A DNA stretch of 64,000 bases from an uncultured Verrucomicrobiae bacterium (GCA_963751435.1 CAVVUP010000029.1:133750-197749), one strand, 5' to 3'. Shown: positions 41,995 to 51,840, numbered from the stretch's first letter. Program-made: numbers and translations. Notes: generated from the sequence alone by a model not told the origin.

Positions 41995-42694
41995 CAGGAA
42001 TGGCGCTGTCGGCTGCCGGACCCTCCGCCGTTGCGGGACGGGAAATGGCACCGGGATTGTCTGCAGTCGGCGGTCTTGTGGTGGCCTCCGGAACGCTGTT
42101 GGTCCCCGTCACCGCGTCAGTCCGGTAAATCATGCGCTGGTTGGTGGCCCGGATCTGGTTGCGGATCCGGTCCCAAATGATCACGTCGCCGTAGAGCGTG
42201 CCTTCCTGGCGCTCGATTCTTGGGCTGGGATGCCCGGTGAGCTCCACCTGCTCATTGGTGACCGATCCGCTGACGCTGTAGGTGTACACGGCCTGGTCAG
42301 CGTAGGCACGGTTGGTCCGGCCCTGCTCGTCGATCAGCAGCACGACCACATTGGTCTGCGCCACCACCCGCTCGACGCGGTTGCCTTCCTGCGGCACGTC
42401 GGCGGACAATTGTTCGCAGGTCAGGTGAATGCGCGGATCCTCCAGCCGGACGTTGCCCCGGTACAGGGCGGACCGGGTCTTGATCCCCAGCTCCACCGTG
42501 TCCGAATAGATGTGGGTCTCCGGTCGCGTGGAGGCGGAAACAGTCGCAGGCGTTGAAGCGGAGGCGTCCCTAGCCGACATCACCGGTTCAGCCGGCGGCG
42601 CGTCGGGCTGTGGGTTTGCCGGCCGGTCGAGGGGTTGTGCCACGGCCATGGCAGAACAAGCCAGGACCAAGATGGGAGGAAGGCAGACTCTCAT
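41987..42694 (-). CDS. lptA: LptA/OstA-like periplasmic LPS transport protein
   Basis: 235 aa with a signal peptide MRVCLPPILVLACSAMAVA and a beta-jellyroll-like composition. Called mainly from its position between the lptC-like gene and lptB, with 4-8 nt overlaps. Confidence 0.7.
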   Translation of the reverse strand: MRVCLPPILVLACSAMAVAQPLDRPANPQPDAPPAEPVMSARDASASTPATVSASTRPETHIYSDTVELGIKTRSALYRGNVRLEDPRIHLTCEQLSADVPQEGNRVERVVAQTNVVVLLIDEQGRTNRAYADQAVYTYSVSGSVTNEQVELTGHPSPRIERQEGTLYGDVIIWDRIRNQIRATNQRMIYRTDAVTGTNSVPEATTRPPTADNPGAISRPATAEGPAADSAIPDE

Positions 42695-43176
42695 GGTTGA
42701 GGAGACAGGAGTGGAACAGGACGGATCACGGTGTGGACCCGGTTGGAAATGGTGAGAATGGCCTCGGTTTCCCGCCAGAGGAAACCCTCGCCGTCGGTGA
42801 AGAAGCGACCGTCAGCCGTGCTCATCTCCAGAGGTCCCGAGGACGCCGCGCTTCGCCGATCCGGATCGTAGAGGCAGTCGTCCGCGCGCAGAATAAACTG
42901 CCCCACTCCATCCTCGCGAAAGGTCTGCAGCTTGAGCTTCCGGATCAGGATCCTGCCGCCGCCTTGCGGAACGGCTTCGCGCCCCTCCAGCAAGGACTTC
43001 ATCCGGGTTTCGTGCGGCACCCCGTAGTAGGAGGGCAGGCTGAAGTCCCGGAACTGGCCCAGAGGCAGCGGTTGAGCCAGACAGCCGAGGGAAACCAACA
43101 GGCTGCCGATCAACCATCGGGTTCTGCCGTTTGGCCCAGCAACCGTATTGTGATCTTCAGTTGGCATGCTCCGCAA
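42691..43176 (-). CDS. lptC: LptC-like membrane-anchored protein
   Basis: 161 aa with an N-terminal anchor WLIGSLLVSLGCL. The position kdsC-(this)-lptA-lptB matches the conserved locus order. Sequence evidence alone is weak. Confidence 0.55.
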   Translation of the reverse strand: MRSMPTEDHNTVAGPNGRTRWLIGSLLVSLGCLAQPLPLGQFRDFSLPSYYGVPHETRMKSLLEGREAVPQGGGRILIRKLKLQTFREDGVGQFILRADDCLYDPDRRSAASSGPLEMSTADGRFFTDGEGFLWRETEAILTISNRVHTVIRPVPLLSPQP

Positions 43177-43684
43177 GAATGGCAGCCCACTTTCCCTGAG
43201 CCTTGAGAATCAGCTCGCACACTTCGCGCACGGCGCCCTGCCCCCCTCGCGCACGTGTGACAAGGTCAACCTGCGCTTTCACTTCCCGCACCCCGTTGGC
43301 CGGCGCAATGGCCACTCCGGCCCGGCGGATCATCCCCAGATCCAGGACATCATCTCCGACGTAGCAGACGCATTCCCACTTCAAACCCAGTTTGCGCAGC
43401 AGCGCCTCCGTGGCAGGCACCTTCCCCTCCGTCGGTTGAAGGAGAAAATCAATCTTCAGATCGCGGGCCCGAACCCGGGTGGCCGCTGAGGGACGGGCGG
43501 ACACCCAGCCGACCCGGATCCCGCACTTGCGGAGAAACAGCAGGCCCAGACCATCGGGAACGTTGTACTGCTTGAATTCACCACCGGGTCCCATGAAGAC
43601 GGATCCATCGGTCATGACTCCGTCCACGTCGCACAGCAGCAACTGCACCCGGCCGAGACGGCTCTTGAGGGAAAGGCGGGGCAT
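43157..43684 (-). CDS. kdsC: KDO 8-phosphate phosphatase (HAD superfamily)
   Basis: 175 aa. Has LLLCDVDGVMTDG and CYVGDDVLDL. Confidence 0.88.
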   Translation of the reverse strand: MPRLSLKSRLGRVQLLLCDVDGVMTDGSVFMGPGGEFKQYNVPDGLGLLFLRKCGIRVGWVSARPSAATRVRARDLKIDFLLQPTEGKVPATEALLRKLGLKWECVCYVGDDVLDLGMIRRAGVAIAPANGVREVKAQVDLVTRARGGQGAVREVCELILKAQGKWAAILAEHAN

Positions 43685-43685
43685 A

Positions 43686-44504
43686 TCAGTTAAGGGCCTG
43701 CCGCACCTGGAGCAGTTGCCGGAGGAGCCGGCTCATCTTCCGCAAGGGAATCATGTTCGGGCCGTCACTCAAGGCTTTCTCTGGGTCGGGATGTGTCTCG
43801 ATGAACACGCCTGAAGCCCCTGCCGCTACGGCCGCCCGGGCCAGCACCGGCGCAAACTCCCGCTCGCCCCCCGAGCGGTCACCCGCCCCACCCGGCAGTT
43901 GTACCGAGTGCGTCACGTCGAACACCACCGGCAGACCCAACCGCTGCAGGATGGGAATGGACCGCATGTCCGCCACCAGGTTGTGGTAGCCAAATGTGGT
44001 CCCCCGCTCGGTCACCAGAATCCGTTCAGCACCAGCAGCCCGCGCCTTTTCCACGACGCGCCCCATGTCGCCGGGCGCCAGGAACTGACCTTTCTTGATG
44101 TTCAGAATCCGGCCCGTGGCAGCAGCGGCTTCGATTAAATCGGTCTGCCGACAGAGGAAAGCGGGGATTTGCAGAACATCCACCACCGTCGCCGCGACGG
44201 CCACCTGGGCCTCTGTATGGACGTCCGTCAGCACCGGAACACCAAACTCGCGCTGCACACGGCTCAACACCTTGAGCCCGGACTCGATCCCCGGGCCGCG
44301 GTAAGATTTTGCGGAGGTGCGGTTGGCTTTATCGAAACTGGCTTTGAAGGTGAAGGACAACCCCAGCTTGCTGCACGTCTTCAACAACGACTCCGCCACC
44401 CGCAAGCACAAGGACTCGCTTTCAATCACGCACGGACCGGCAATGACAAACAAGCCCCGCGGCGAGGTGTATTGCTTCCAAAGACTGGCGCTGGCAACTG
44501 GCAC
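43686..44504 (-). CDS. kdsA: 3-deoxy-8-phosphooctulonate synthase
   Basis: 272 aa. Has [36 protein letters not shown] and [11 protein letters not shown]. Confidence 0.93.
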   Translation of the reverse strand: MPVASASLWKQYTSPRGLFVIAGPCVIESESLCLRVAESLLKTCSKLGLSFTFKASFDKANRTSAKSYRGPGIESGLKVLSRVQREFGVPVLTDVHTEAQVAVAATVVDVLQIPAFLCRQTDLIEAAAATGRILNIKKGQFLAPGDMGRVVEKARAAGAERILVTERGTTFGYHNLVADMRSIPILQRLGLPVVFDVTHSVQLPGGAGDRSGGEREFAPVLARAAVAAGASGVFIETHPDPEKALSDGPNMIPLRKMSRLLRQLLQVRQALN

Positions 44505-44681
44505 CCGGATGTTTTATCAGCGCGCCCGCCCTGTGTAAACACGGGGCGCGACCAGGAACGCCAACTTCCGGCTGCACCCCACGCCTGTCGATGCGTCTCC
44601 TGCAAGCTCGAAAGCTGTCCACGCCGAGACGCCCGCTGCCGGATAAATCCAGCGTTTCGGCCCAGATGCGCCGCATAGGAC

Positions 44682-45608
44682 TCAAGTCGGCGTTCTAATC
44701 TCCTTCAGCGCCGACGGCACCAGCACCCGCAATCCGTGCGGTTCCACCCCAAAGGTGACCGGCAGATGACCCGCCCACTCGCCATCGACCTCCACGGACA
44801 CCAACTCGCTGCTCTCCAAACGAACCGTCTTGCCCCGCAGCCGTTGGACCATCCCTGCCGGAATCCGACCGGTCAGGAGCAGCGGCGGACCGCAGCGGAG
44901 CAGCGTCAGCAAGTTGACTCGGGGGAAAACGCACACTTCCAGGAATCCACTGCGCAGATCCCCGTCCGGGAAGATGTGAAAATTCCCGCCATAAAGCCGT
45001 CCGTTGCCGATCAAGATCATCTGGCCCGGCGTCACCACCTCATTGGCCGTGACCGAGATCGAGGGCGGGCGCTCCGCCAATGCGCGGAACCCGGCCAGGA
45101 CGTATGCGAACGGACCCACCTGCTTCTTGGTCTGCCAATCCACCAATTCAATGGCACGCGCATCCAGACCAGCGCCCGCCAGTTGGGTGAAAAAGTGGCG
45201 AACCGTTTTGCCCTGGCTCACCCGCTCGATCCAGGGCAGGTCCACCTGAATCTCCCGGCCCTTCGCCACCACCTCCCAGGCGGCATGCGGCTTCAGCGGA
45301 ATGCCCAACTCGCGCGCAAACACGTTCACCGTGCCCAAGGGGATGAAGCCCAGTCGCGTTCGCTCAAAGCCCCCAGGGACGTCCCCAATCCCGTTCAAAA
45401 CCTCGTTGAGCGTCCCATCACCTCCCGCCGCCACCACCGTGTCGTGCCCTTCCCGAACGGCCTCAGCCGCCAACCGGCGTGCGTGACCCGGAGCGCCTGT
45501 GAGTTTGAACACCGAGGCTGCCGCGATGGGATCCAGCTCCGCCCGGAATTTCCGGGCCTTTTCACCCTTGGCGGCTGGATTGAAAATAACACAGGGACGC
45601 ACGCGCAA
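44682..45608 (-). CDS. Diacylglycerol/lipid kinase family protein (YegS/BmrU-like)
   Basis: 308 aa. Has VIFNPAAKGEK, VVAAGGDGTLNEVLNG and PLGTVNVFAREL. Confidence 0.85.
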   Translation of the reverse strand: MRVRPCVIFNPAAKGEKARKFRAELDPIAAASVFKLTGAPGHARRLAAEAVREGHDTVVAAGGDGTLNEVLNGIGDVPGGFERTRLGFIPLGTVNVFARELGIPLKPHAAWEVVAKGREIQVDLPWIERVSQGKTVRHFFTQLAGAGLDARAIELVDWQTKKQVGPFAYVLAGFRALAERPPSISVTANEVVTPGQMILIGNGRLYGGNFHIFPDGDLRSGFLEVCVFPRVNLLTLLRCGPPLLLTGRIPAGMVQRLRGKTVRLESSELVSVEVDGEWAGHLPVTFGVEPHGLRVLVPSALKEIRTPT

Positions 45609-45830
45609 AATGATTCACGGGTTGGGTGCACACCGTCGAGTCGAAAGGCGACGGGAAACGAGAGCACAACGCCTGACGCGAATGGCAAGAATTTCCGCGA
45701 GCGGACTAGGATGAACAACGAAGGACTCGGAGATCACCAAAAGTCGGCGGCTCCCAGAGAACCCGGGCGGATCGCCCACACCAAAGTTCACTTCGTGCTC
45801 TCCGTTCTCCGTGGTGCTATCCGGCACTGT

Positions 45831-46469
45831 TCACCGACGGCGGACGACGCACCGAGCGAGAAACAGGAGGAAACCACCCGACACCAAGACGATGGGCGAG
45901 GGCTCCGGCACCGGCGAGACGGCCCCTTCGAAGGTGACATTGTCAAACGCCAACCAACCGTTCTGGTGGGCTGAGCCCCACCCATAAAAACGAATCGTGA
46001 CAGTTTCGCCGTCCGCTGTTGTGACGTTGGTGAAGTTCACCCCCACGTTCTGCCAGACGCCGACCGGACTGAAGTTCTGCGAATCCGCCAACGTCAGGCT
46101 GACCCCATTATAGATGCGCACTTGGCCGTTCAGGGGGCCGTCTTTCTCTCCCGCCGTTCGCTTGTCCACGCTGCGCTGCACATCAAACGATAGAGTCGTC
46201 AGATTCAAGGAGTAGCCGGCGGCCGGAGTGATCGTGAACTGAAAGTATTCCCCGAGATCCTGTGCGGCGGCGAGCGTCCAGTTCGCGCTCTCGAAAAGCT
46301 CCGACACGCTGAGAGCACTCACATTCACGCGACTGAAAGGCGTGAACGTCAAATTGGCCGCCGCCGGTGTATTGGTGTCCCCGGCCGGGTCGGGACCGGG
46401 AAATGTGTAAGTGCCCAGGGTCGCGCCGCTGGCTGTGGAAATGGTCAGCCACGCGACCCACCCGATCAT
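45831..46469 (-). CDS. PEP-CTERM-anchored secreted protein
   Basis: The C-terminus VPEPSPIVLVSGGFLLFLARCVVRRR has the PEP motif, a TM segment and a basic tail. The likely start is MIGWVAWLTISTASG at 46469; the track start is 46604. Confidence 0.75.
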   Translation of the reverse strand: MIGWVAWLTISTASGATLGTYTFPGPDPAGDTNTPAAANLTFTPFSRVNVSALSVSELFESANWTLAAAQDLGEYFQFTITPAAGYSLNLTTLSFDVQRSVDKRTAGEKDGPLNGQVRIYNGVSLTLADSQNFSPVGVWQNVGVNFTNVTTADGETVTIRFYGWGSAHQNGWLAFDNVTFEGAVSPVPEPSPIVLVSGGFLLFLARCVVRRR

Positions 46470-46681
46470 TGCGAAGGGACAGATTCCGCTTCCCCTGAGC
46501 CACAGGGTGGGGCCGCGCTGTGCGCGGCCCGGGCGCCGGAGCACCGGCGCCCCACCGGGTTCATGGTCGCCGGGCGCGATTTTGAAAGCGTGTAGGCTCT
46601 TCATGATTGCCTTGGCAGGCTAGTGGGACGCTTCAAGCCAACCAACAAGAGAAAGACCCTTGGCTAGAAGCAACCCTCGAC

Positions 46682-47086
46682 TCACTCAACCGGTTGATTC
46701 ACCGCAGGCAGACACTCGGCGATGGTGGCCAAGAGTTGTTCGATGTTCAGGGGCTTCTGGAACAGCATCGAAGGTTGAAAACGATCCGCGTGAGCCTGGT
46801 GCTTTTGAATGCTGTCGGCCGTGATGAAGAGCACCGGCTTGTCCCACGCAAGCCCGATGTGTCGAAGCCAGTCCGCAACGCCGAATCCATCCCAATTGAA
46901 GGTCGGGTCCGGCGGAAAGCTGATGTCCAGGATGAACAAGTCCGGAGCGGCGCTGCGCGCGACCGTCACCGCCTCCGAGGGATCCACCGCCGTAAACACC
47001 TCATAGCCGGCAGCCTTCAGCTTGTACCGGAGCAGGTGAAGGATCACCTTGTCATCGTCCACCACGAGTATCTTCTGTCTATTCAT
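46682..47086 (-). CDS. Stand-alone receiver-domain response regulator (RR1)
   Basis: Starts at the ATG at 47086: MNRQKILVVDDDKVI...DLFILDISFPPDPTFNWDGFGVADWL...VLFITAD...FQKP. All canonical receiver residues are present and there is no output domain. Confidence 0.85.
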   Translation of the reverse strand: MNRQKILVVDDDKVILHLLRYKLKAAGYEVFTAVDPSEAVTVARSAAPDLFILDISFPPDPTFNWDGFGVADWLRHIGLAWDKPVLFITADSIQKHQAHADRFQPSMLFQKPLNIEQLLATIAECLPAVNQPVE

Positions 47087-47321
47087 GAACTTTGCACTAG
47101 TTGGCAGGGAATCGGCGTTAACTTGCCTCATTCCGGGGCATCCCACGAAACCAATACCCTGTTTCAGCATCTTCAGTGCCGCCACGTCACCGTCAGCGTG
47201 GTCTCTCAACGTAGACATCGTTGTCTGCCGGACTGGCTGAGGCGGGGCAATGAGACCCAGAGTGGGGACGGTGCGGCTTGAGGTCGGCGTTCCTGGCGGC
47301 CAAGCACAGGGGCTCGCGGAC

Positions 47322-47354
47322 AAAAAGCAGGCGCCGCTCGGAAGCGGCGCCTGC
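47322..47354 (-). terminator. Rho-independent terminator after pseudopilin module A
   Basis: The minus strand reads GCAGGCGCCGCT-TCCG-AGCGGCGCCTGC followed by TTTTT. The perfect 12-bp stem begins 28 nt after the stop at 47382. Confidence 0.85.
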
Positions 47355-47381
47355 CCAACCAAACCAGCAACCCAGAAGAAA

Positions 47382-48822
47382 TCAAAGTTCAGCCCAACTC
47401 GTGGGGATGAAGCCCCGGCTGGGACCAACGTTGGCCAGGTTTTCGTCGTAGTGGAAGTTGAAGTGACCGTTCATCTTCACACTTCGGGTCACACTGGCTC
47501 CGACGAAGTCGTAGGTATTGTTCCCTCCGCCACCCAGCGTGAAGTCCGCGTGGTTGGCATAGATCGCGCCGGTGAAGGCTGCGTTTCCGCCAAAGACAAT
47601 CTCCGTGTTGCTGGGCAGGCCAAAGTAAAGAAAGCTCGCCGCGTTGCCACTTTCATTCACGACGCCGTTCCCCCCGACCTTGAACTGGCTGCCGCCCATG
47701 TACACCGTCAACCTTTGCGCACTGGAGCTGATGCGAATCTCATCCTTGCCCGTCAGGCTGACATTGCCAGTGAAATAGACGCGTGCGTTGACGCCGGAAC
47801 CCACATAGACGCTGCCGCTCAAGGTGGACGCCTTGTAGTCTCCCGCTCGAGGTGATGACATGCCGGTAGGTCACCCCGTTGATCACCACGCCCTTCTTGC
47901 CTGCATCTGGCAAGGCAAACCACGTGGTCTCGGGGATATTCACATCATCCAATCGCACGTTCATGTCATCGCTGGAATAGCCCGGCTGAATCCCACCTTT
48001 TCCGGTCGACACCCACGCTTCCGAGCCCGCGGATCCGTTAGGTCCAATGGAGATGGTCCCTCCGGGTCCCGTGCTCACATGGCCCATGATGTCTGCGTTC
48101 CCGAGACTCACGGAATCGATGATGTCATAATTGCTGGCCACGTCCCCGTTGTCATTGCGCTTGCTGGGATCATAGATGCCAAACGTGGCCCCCGGAGCCC
48201 AATAACTGGCATTCGGATCCGCCGAGTTGAAGCTGTCGGTGGCGATGTTGTTGCCCTTAAAATCGATCTGCTTGTCGGCCAGCATGGCCAGTGACCAAAG
48301 GGCGTCCCGCCGTGTGTGCACATGCACCTGGCGCCGGAGGTAGCGGCTCTGGAAGCCACCGAACGCAGTCCCTGCCGCCGCAGTACTGACGGGAACATGC
48401 TTATACTCGTAATCATAACGCAGATACCCATAGGCCGTGATGGTCGGGGCGGTCGGGACGCTGTTGGAAATGATGACAAAGTAAAGCGCCCGGTAATCAT
48501 TGCCCAACCAGCGGATGGTGTAGAACGAATCCGGACCGTACGGGGTCCATTGATCCTGTCCAAGGGAGGCGGACGTGCTCCAATCCAGGAGCTTGGAGTT
48601 GTCGTAATTGAACTTGTTGATCATTTGCAACGCATCCTCGACACCCGCTTCAGCAACTGCAATGGACTGGTTCCAGGACTGAGACCGGGCATTGCTGAAG
48701 GTTTGGTGTTGGGTCAGCAACAGGAAGCTGGCGAGCGTAGCGCCGATCACAAAGGTGATGACCATGGTGGTGGCCAGCACACTGCCGGCCTCGGACTGCG
48801 ACTTGGGCGTGGGGATTCTCAT
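47382..48822 (-). CDS. Module A large subunit: PilX_N-type / GspK-position protein, with one frame change at the G-run 47842-47844
   Basis: The N-terminus MRIPTPKSQSEAGSVLATTMVITFVIGATLASFLL...SIAVAEAGVEDAL is a hydrophobic helix plus an AEAG motif, as in PilX N-terminal domains. The C-terminus continues in ORF 47382-47861 and ends ...HFNFHYDENL...TSWAEL. It is colinear with the 50123-51829 paralog. Confidence 0.7.
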
Positions 48823-48840
48823 ACGACGTTCTCCTTTGGA

Positions 48841-49422
48841 CTAATTGCGGATGACGATCTTTGCGGTTTGCACACTTTCCGTGTTCAGCTTGCTTCCCAG
48901 AATCTTGCGTGAGCAGCGCCAGCTCACATCCAGGAGTTTGGCTTGGGCCACTGTGGATGCCGGATAGAAGTTGAAATCGTTGGAGGGGTTTCGCTGGGAG
49001 ATGTTGAAGGACAAGTAATCGCACTGTTCCAGCAACACCTGGCGGGCACCGCCCTTAAGCTGGGTCAGCGTCTCCGCTTGGGGATCATATTCGTAAGCCA
49101 GCATGGTTCCGTTGAGCATGCGCAACTGAACCCGATTGGTGGTGAAACTCACCACGGACGCTGCCTGTCGCACCTCCCGGCTCATCGTATCCAGCGCCCG
49201 GGTGCTGGCGCGTTCGAGATCGTTGTAGTTGCCCATCGCAACGAAGCTGCGCACGGTGAACATGGTCAAGGTGGCCACAATGGCCAGCACGAACACACCC
49301 AACCCCATCGCCACCATCATCTCGACGAGGGTGAATGCGCCTGAACGGGCCAACCTCGCGCCGCTGGCTCGCCAGCGATACACCCGCCCCCTGATGAATG
49401 CTCCCTCAGCGATCATAGACAT
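48841..49422 (-). CDS. Module A medium prepilin-type protein (GspJ/PilW-sized)
   Basis: 193 aa. Has an N-terminal methylation-type motif SGAFTLVEMMVAMGLGVFVL and ends ...ESVQTAKIVIRN. Confidence 0.75.
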   Translation of the reverse strand: MSMIAEGAFIRGRVYRWRASGARLARSGAFTLVEMMVAMGLGVFVLAIVATLTMFTVRSFVAMGNYNDLERASTRALDTMSREVRQAASVVSFTTNRVQLRMLNGTMLAYEYDPQAETLTQLKGGARQVLLEQCDYLSFNISQRNPSNDFNFYPASTVAQAKLLDVSWRCSRKILGSKLNTESVQTAKIVIRN

Positions 49423-49894
49423 AATTCTGTAGCCCGTTCCTGGAGACCATGGTGGTCATGGATCGGTGCCGAGGTACATTCCCGGACTGCCATTGCACCC
49501 CCACAGTCACGAAACGGAGGTTGTTCACGTACGACGGCGCCGGATTCAAGACCGCATTGGTCACGCTGAGCGTGCCGGTGTAGGCGATGCCGTTGGCGGT
49601 TGAGCCACCCACTTTCGGGTAGTAGCGCGTGCTGAATGTGCTGGGGACCATGTTGCTAGCCACCACCTGGTTCCAGTTGAACAGGCGGATCCCCTCCATT
49701 CTCTCGACCATGATCTGGGTGGCCCGCAGGTTCTCCCGCGATACCTGCGTCATGGCAAACCCAGCCGACATGCCCGCATAAAGCGAAACAAAACTGACCC
49801 CGAGAATCCCCACAGCAATGACGACCTCGGCCAGGGTGAAGCCGGCTTGCCGGGGCGGGCGTCGGACAGGTTTGGCACAACTCAAAATCCTCAT
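49406..49894 (-). CDS. Module A small prepilin-type protein (GspI/PilV-sized)
   Basis: 162 aa. Has RQAGFTLAEVVIAVGILGVSF (G|FTL.E) and ends ...GNVPRHRSMTTMVSRNGLQNYVYDR. It overlaps the next gene by 17 nt. Confidence 0.78.
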   Translation of the reverse strand: MRILSCAKPVRRPPRQAGFTLAEVVIAVGILGVSFVSLYAGMSAGFAMTQVSRENLRATQIMVERMEGIRLFNWNQVVASNMVPSTFSTRYYPKVGGSTANGIAYTGTLSVTNAVLNPAPSYVNNLRFVTVGVQWQSGNVPRHRSMTTMVSRNGLQNYVYDR

Positions 49895-49956
49895 GGCTAC
49901 GACTTATTGTTTCCCGAAATCATCCGTTCTCCGTGTTATTACTCAGACAATAGATC

Positions 49957-49971
49957 GCATTGGCCATGCCA
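49957..49971 (-). promoter_or_regulatory. Sigma-54-like -24/-12 element upstream of module A (TGGCAT-N5-ATGC)
   Basis: The minus strand reads TGGCATGGCCAATGC with GG-N10-GC spacing, about 62 nt upstream of the ATG at 49894. Confidence 0.45.
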
Positions 49972-50122
49972 AGAGGATTCCCAACCCCATTCGTTCTAAA
50001 GCCGCCCATTTCCGCAACTCATTGAAGATCACGGGACTTGACGGTACGGAAACAAGGAAGCCAGGAGCCGGGTTCTGAGGTTGGCTCGGTTTCAATTTTG
50101 AGAACGGAGCAGTGCCGGCTCC

Positions 50123-51829
50123 TCAAAGTTCGTTCCAGGAAGTCACCAGGTAGCGGGCGTTAGAATTGTAACTCTTCAAAGCTTCGTCGTAATGGAAGCT
50201 GAAGTGGCCGTTGAGTGTTGCGGATCGGACGACGATCGAACCGATGAAATCCAACTGGTCGTTTCCGCCGCCGTTGAGCTTGAGGTCGGCGTTGGAGGCG
50301 TAGAGCACCGCGGTGATCTCCGCGTTCCCGCTGAAGTTGATATCCTGGACGCTGGGCGTGCACCAGATCATGCAGTTGGCGGCATAACCGCTCTTGTTGA
50401 TGACGCCGTTTCCGGCAAGATCGATGGAGGAGCCGCCGGCGAAGAGTTCGAGCTTGCCATCGGAGTTGATGAAGATTTCACCATTAAAGCCGTCTCGGGC
50501 CACCAAGCGGGCGTTGCCCCGCACGAACACGCTGCCGTTGATCTCATCCACATGGTAATTCACTGGCGACAACCCGGGATTACCTCCATTGAGGATGTAA
50601 TCGTAGGATTGCGTCGTCACCACGTAATTGGTCGTGTAAATGTTGTAACTGTAGCTATAAACGGGGTAGGTGTAGCTGTAGCCGGTGATCTTGTTGTAAT
50701 AATATTTCGATCCTTGCTTCGTCACCTCCCCCACGTAAGTGCCTGCGGCGGGGTAGCTCTTGCTCGACGTGTAGGTGGTCAGGGTATTAGCGACCATCCC
50801 GGAGGGTTCCGGGCTCGGCCGCACGGAGGTGGTTGCATAGCTGATGTTGGTGATGACACCGGAAGCGGGAGCTGGATTGGGATAATTGGCGGTCGTGGTG
50901 GTGCCGCTACTTACGGAGATGTTGGTGGTGGAAACGGTGCCCGAGGTGGGCGTGGCACCGAAAGTGTGGGGCAGTTCGACATCTGGGAAGGTGAAATTGC
51001 TGTCGTCTCGGAAGTGGCCCGACTGGATCCCTTTGTTGCCGGCCTGACGCCAGGCGTAGGTGCCTACGCCGCCATTCGGCCCCAGGTTGGGCACCCCTCC
51101 CGGCCCAACCACCAAATGGCCGTAGATCTCCGCGTTATCAACAGCGGCGGCGCCAACGAGGCTGGAATTGACATAGACATCGCCATTGCTTCGCAGCTTG
51201 GCCAGGTTTCCCGCCGGATAGAGCCCCTTATTGCTGTAGAGTGGATTGTTGGAGTCGAAGCTGTCGGTGAGGACCCCGTTGCCGTTCATGTCCACTCCCT
51301 CTTTGGCGATCAGGGCACCTAAGAACAGTCCGCCCTGACGGGTGGCCCGCACCTCAATCGTCCGACTGATCCGTTGCGCCACCGCTGACCGGGAGGTCGA
51401 GTCCTGCCCGACCGTGGTACCCGCCACAGCGAGCGTGCCCCCGGCGTTCAAATCGCCAAAAACCGGGGCATCGTGATACCCCACGGACTTGACGATGGGG
51501 TTGTTGATGTCGAACGCTTCAATGGTGACGACGTAATGGGAATCCGCCGAGATGGACTGGGCACGCTGGTAGGAGCTGCCGTTGCGGGTCCAGCCGCCCT
51601 GTTCCAGGTCGGGACTGTTCGAGTTCAGGTGTTGGAGCCCTTCCTCGATCCCGGCTTCCGCCACCGAGATGGACATATTCCACACCTGCGCCCGGTGTCC
51701 GATGAATTGTTGGTGCCGGGCATTCATCAGATAGCCCACGATGCTGATGAGCAGAAACGTGCAGAGGAACAGGGTTACCATCAAAGCGGTTCCCTGCTCG
51801 CCGGATCGGGGACTTGGTGGGATTCTCAT
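50123..51829 (-). CDS. Module B large subunit: PilX_N-type / GspK-position protein
   Basis: Starts at the ATG at 51829: MRIPPSPRSGEQGTALMVTLFLCTFLLISIVGYLM...SISVAEAGIEEGL. 568 aa, ending ...HFSFHYDEAL...TSWNEL. Paralogous to 47382-48822. Confidence 0.75.
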   Translation of the reverse strand: MRIPPSPRSGEQGTALMVTLFLCTFLLISIVGYLMNARHQQFIGHRAQVWNMSISVAEAGIEEGLQHLNSNSPDLEQGGWTRNGSSYQRAQSISADSHYVVTIEAFDINNPIVKSVGYHDAPVFGDLNAGGTLAVAGTTVGQDSTSRSAVAQRISRTIEVRATRQGGLFLGALIAKEGVDMNGNGVLTDSFDSNNPLYSNKGLYPAGNLAKLRSNGDVYVNSSLVGAAAVDNAEIYGHLVVGPGGVPNLGPNGGVGTYAWRQAGNKGIQSGHFRDDSNFTFPDVELPHTFGATPTSGTVSTTNISVSSGTTTTANYPNPAPASGVITNISYATTSVRPSPEPSGMVANTLTTYTSSKSYPAAGTYVGEVTKQGSKYYYNKITGYSYTYPVYSYSYNIYTTNYVVTTQSYDYILNGGNPGLSPVNYHVDEINGSVFVRGNARLVARDGFNGEIFINSDGKLELFAGGSSIDLAGNGVINKSGYAANCMIWCTPSVQDINFSGNAEITAVLYASNADLKLNGGGNDQLDFIGSIVVRSATLNGHFSFHYDEALKSYNSNARYLVTSWNEL

Positions 51830-51840
51830 GCTAAGCCTTC

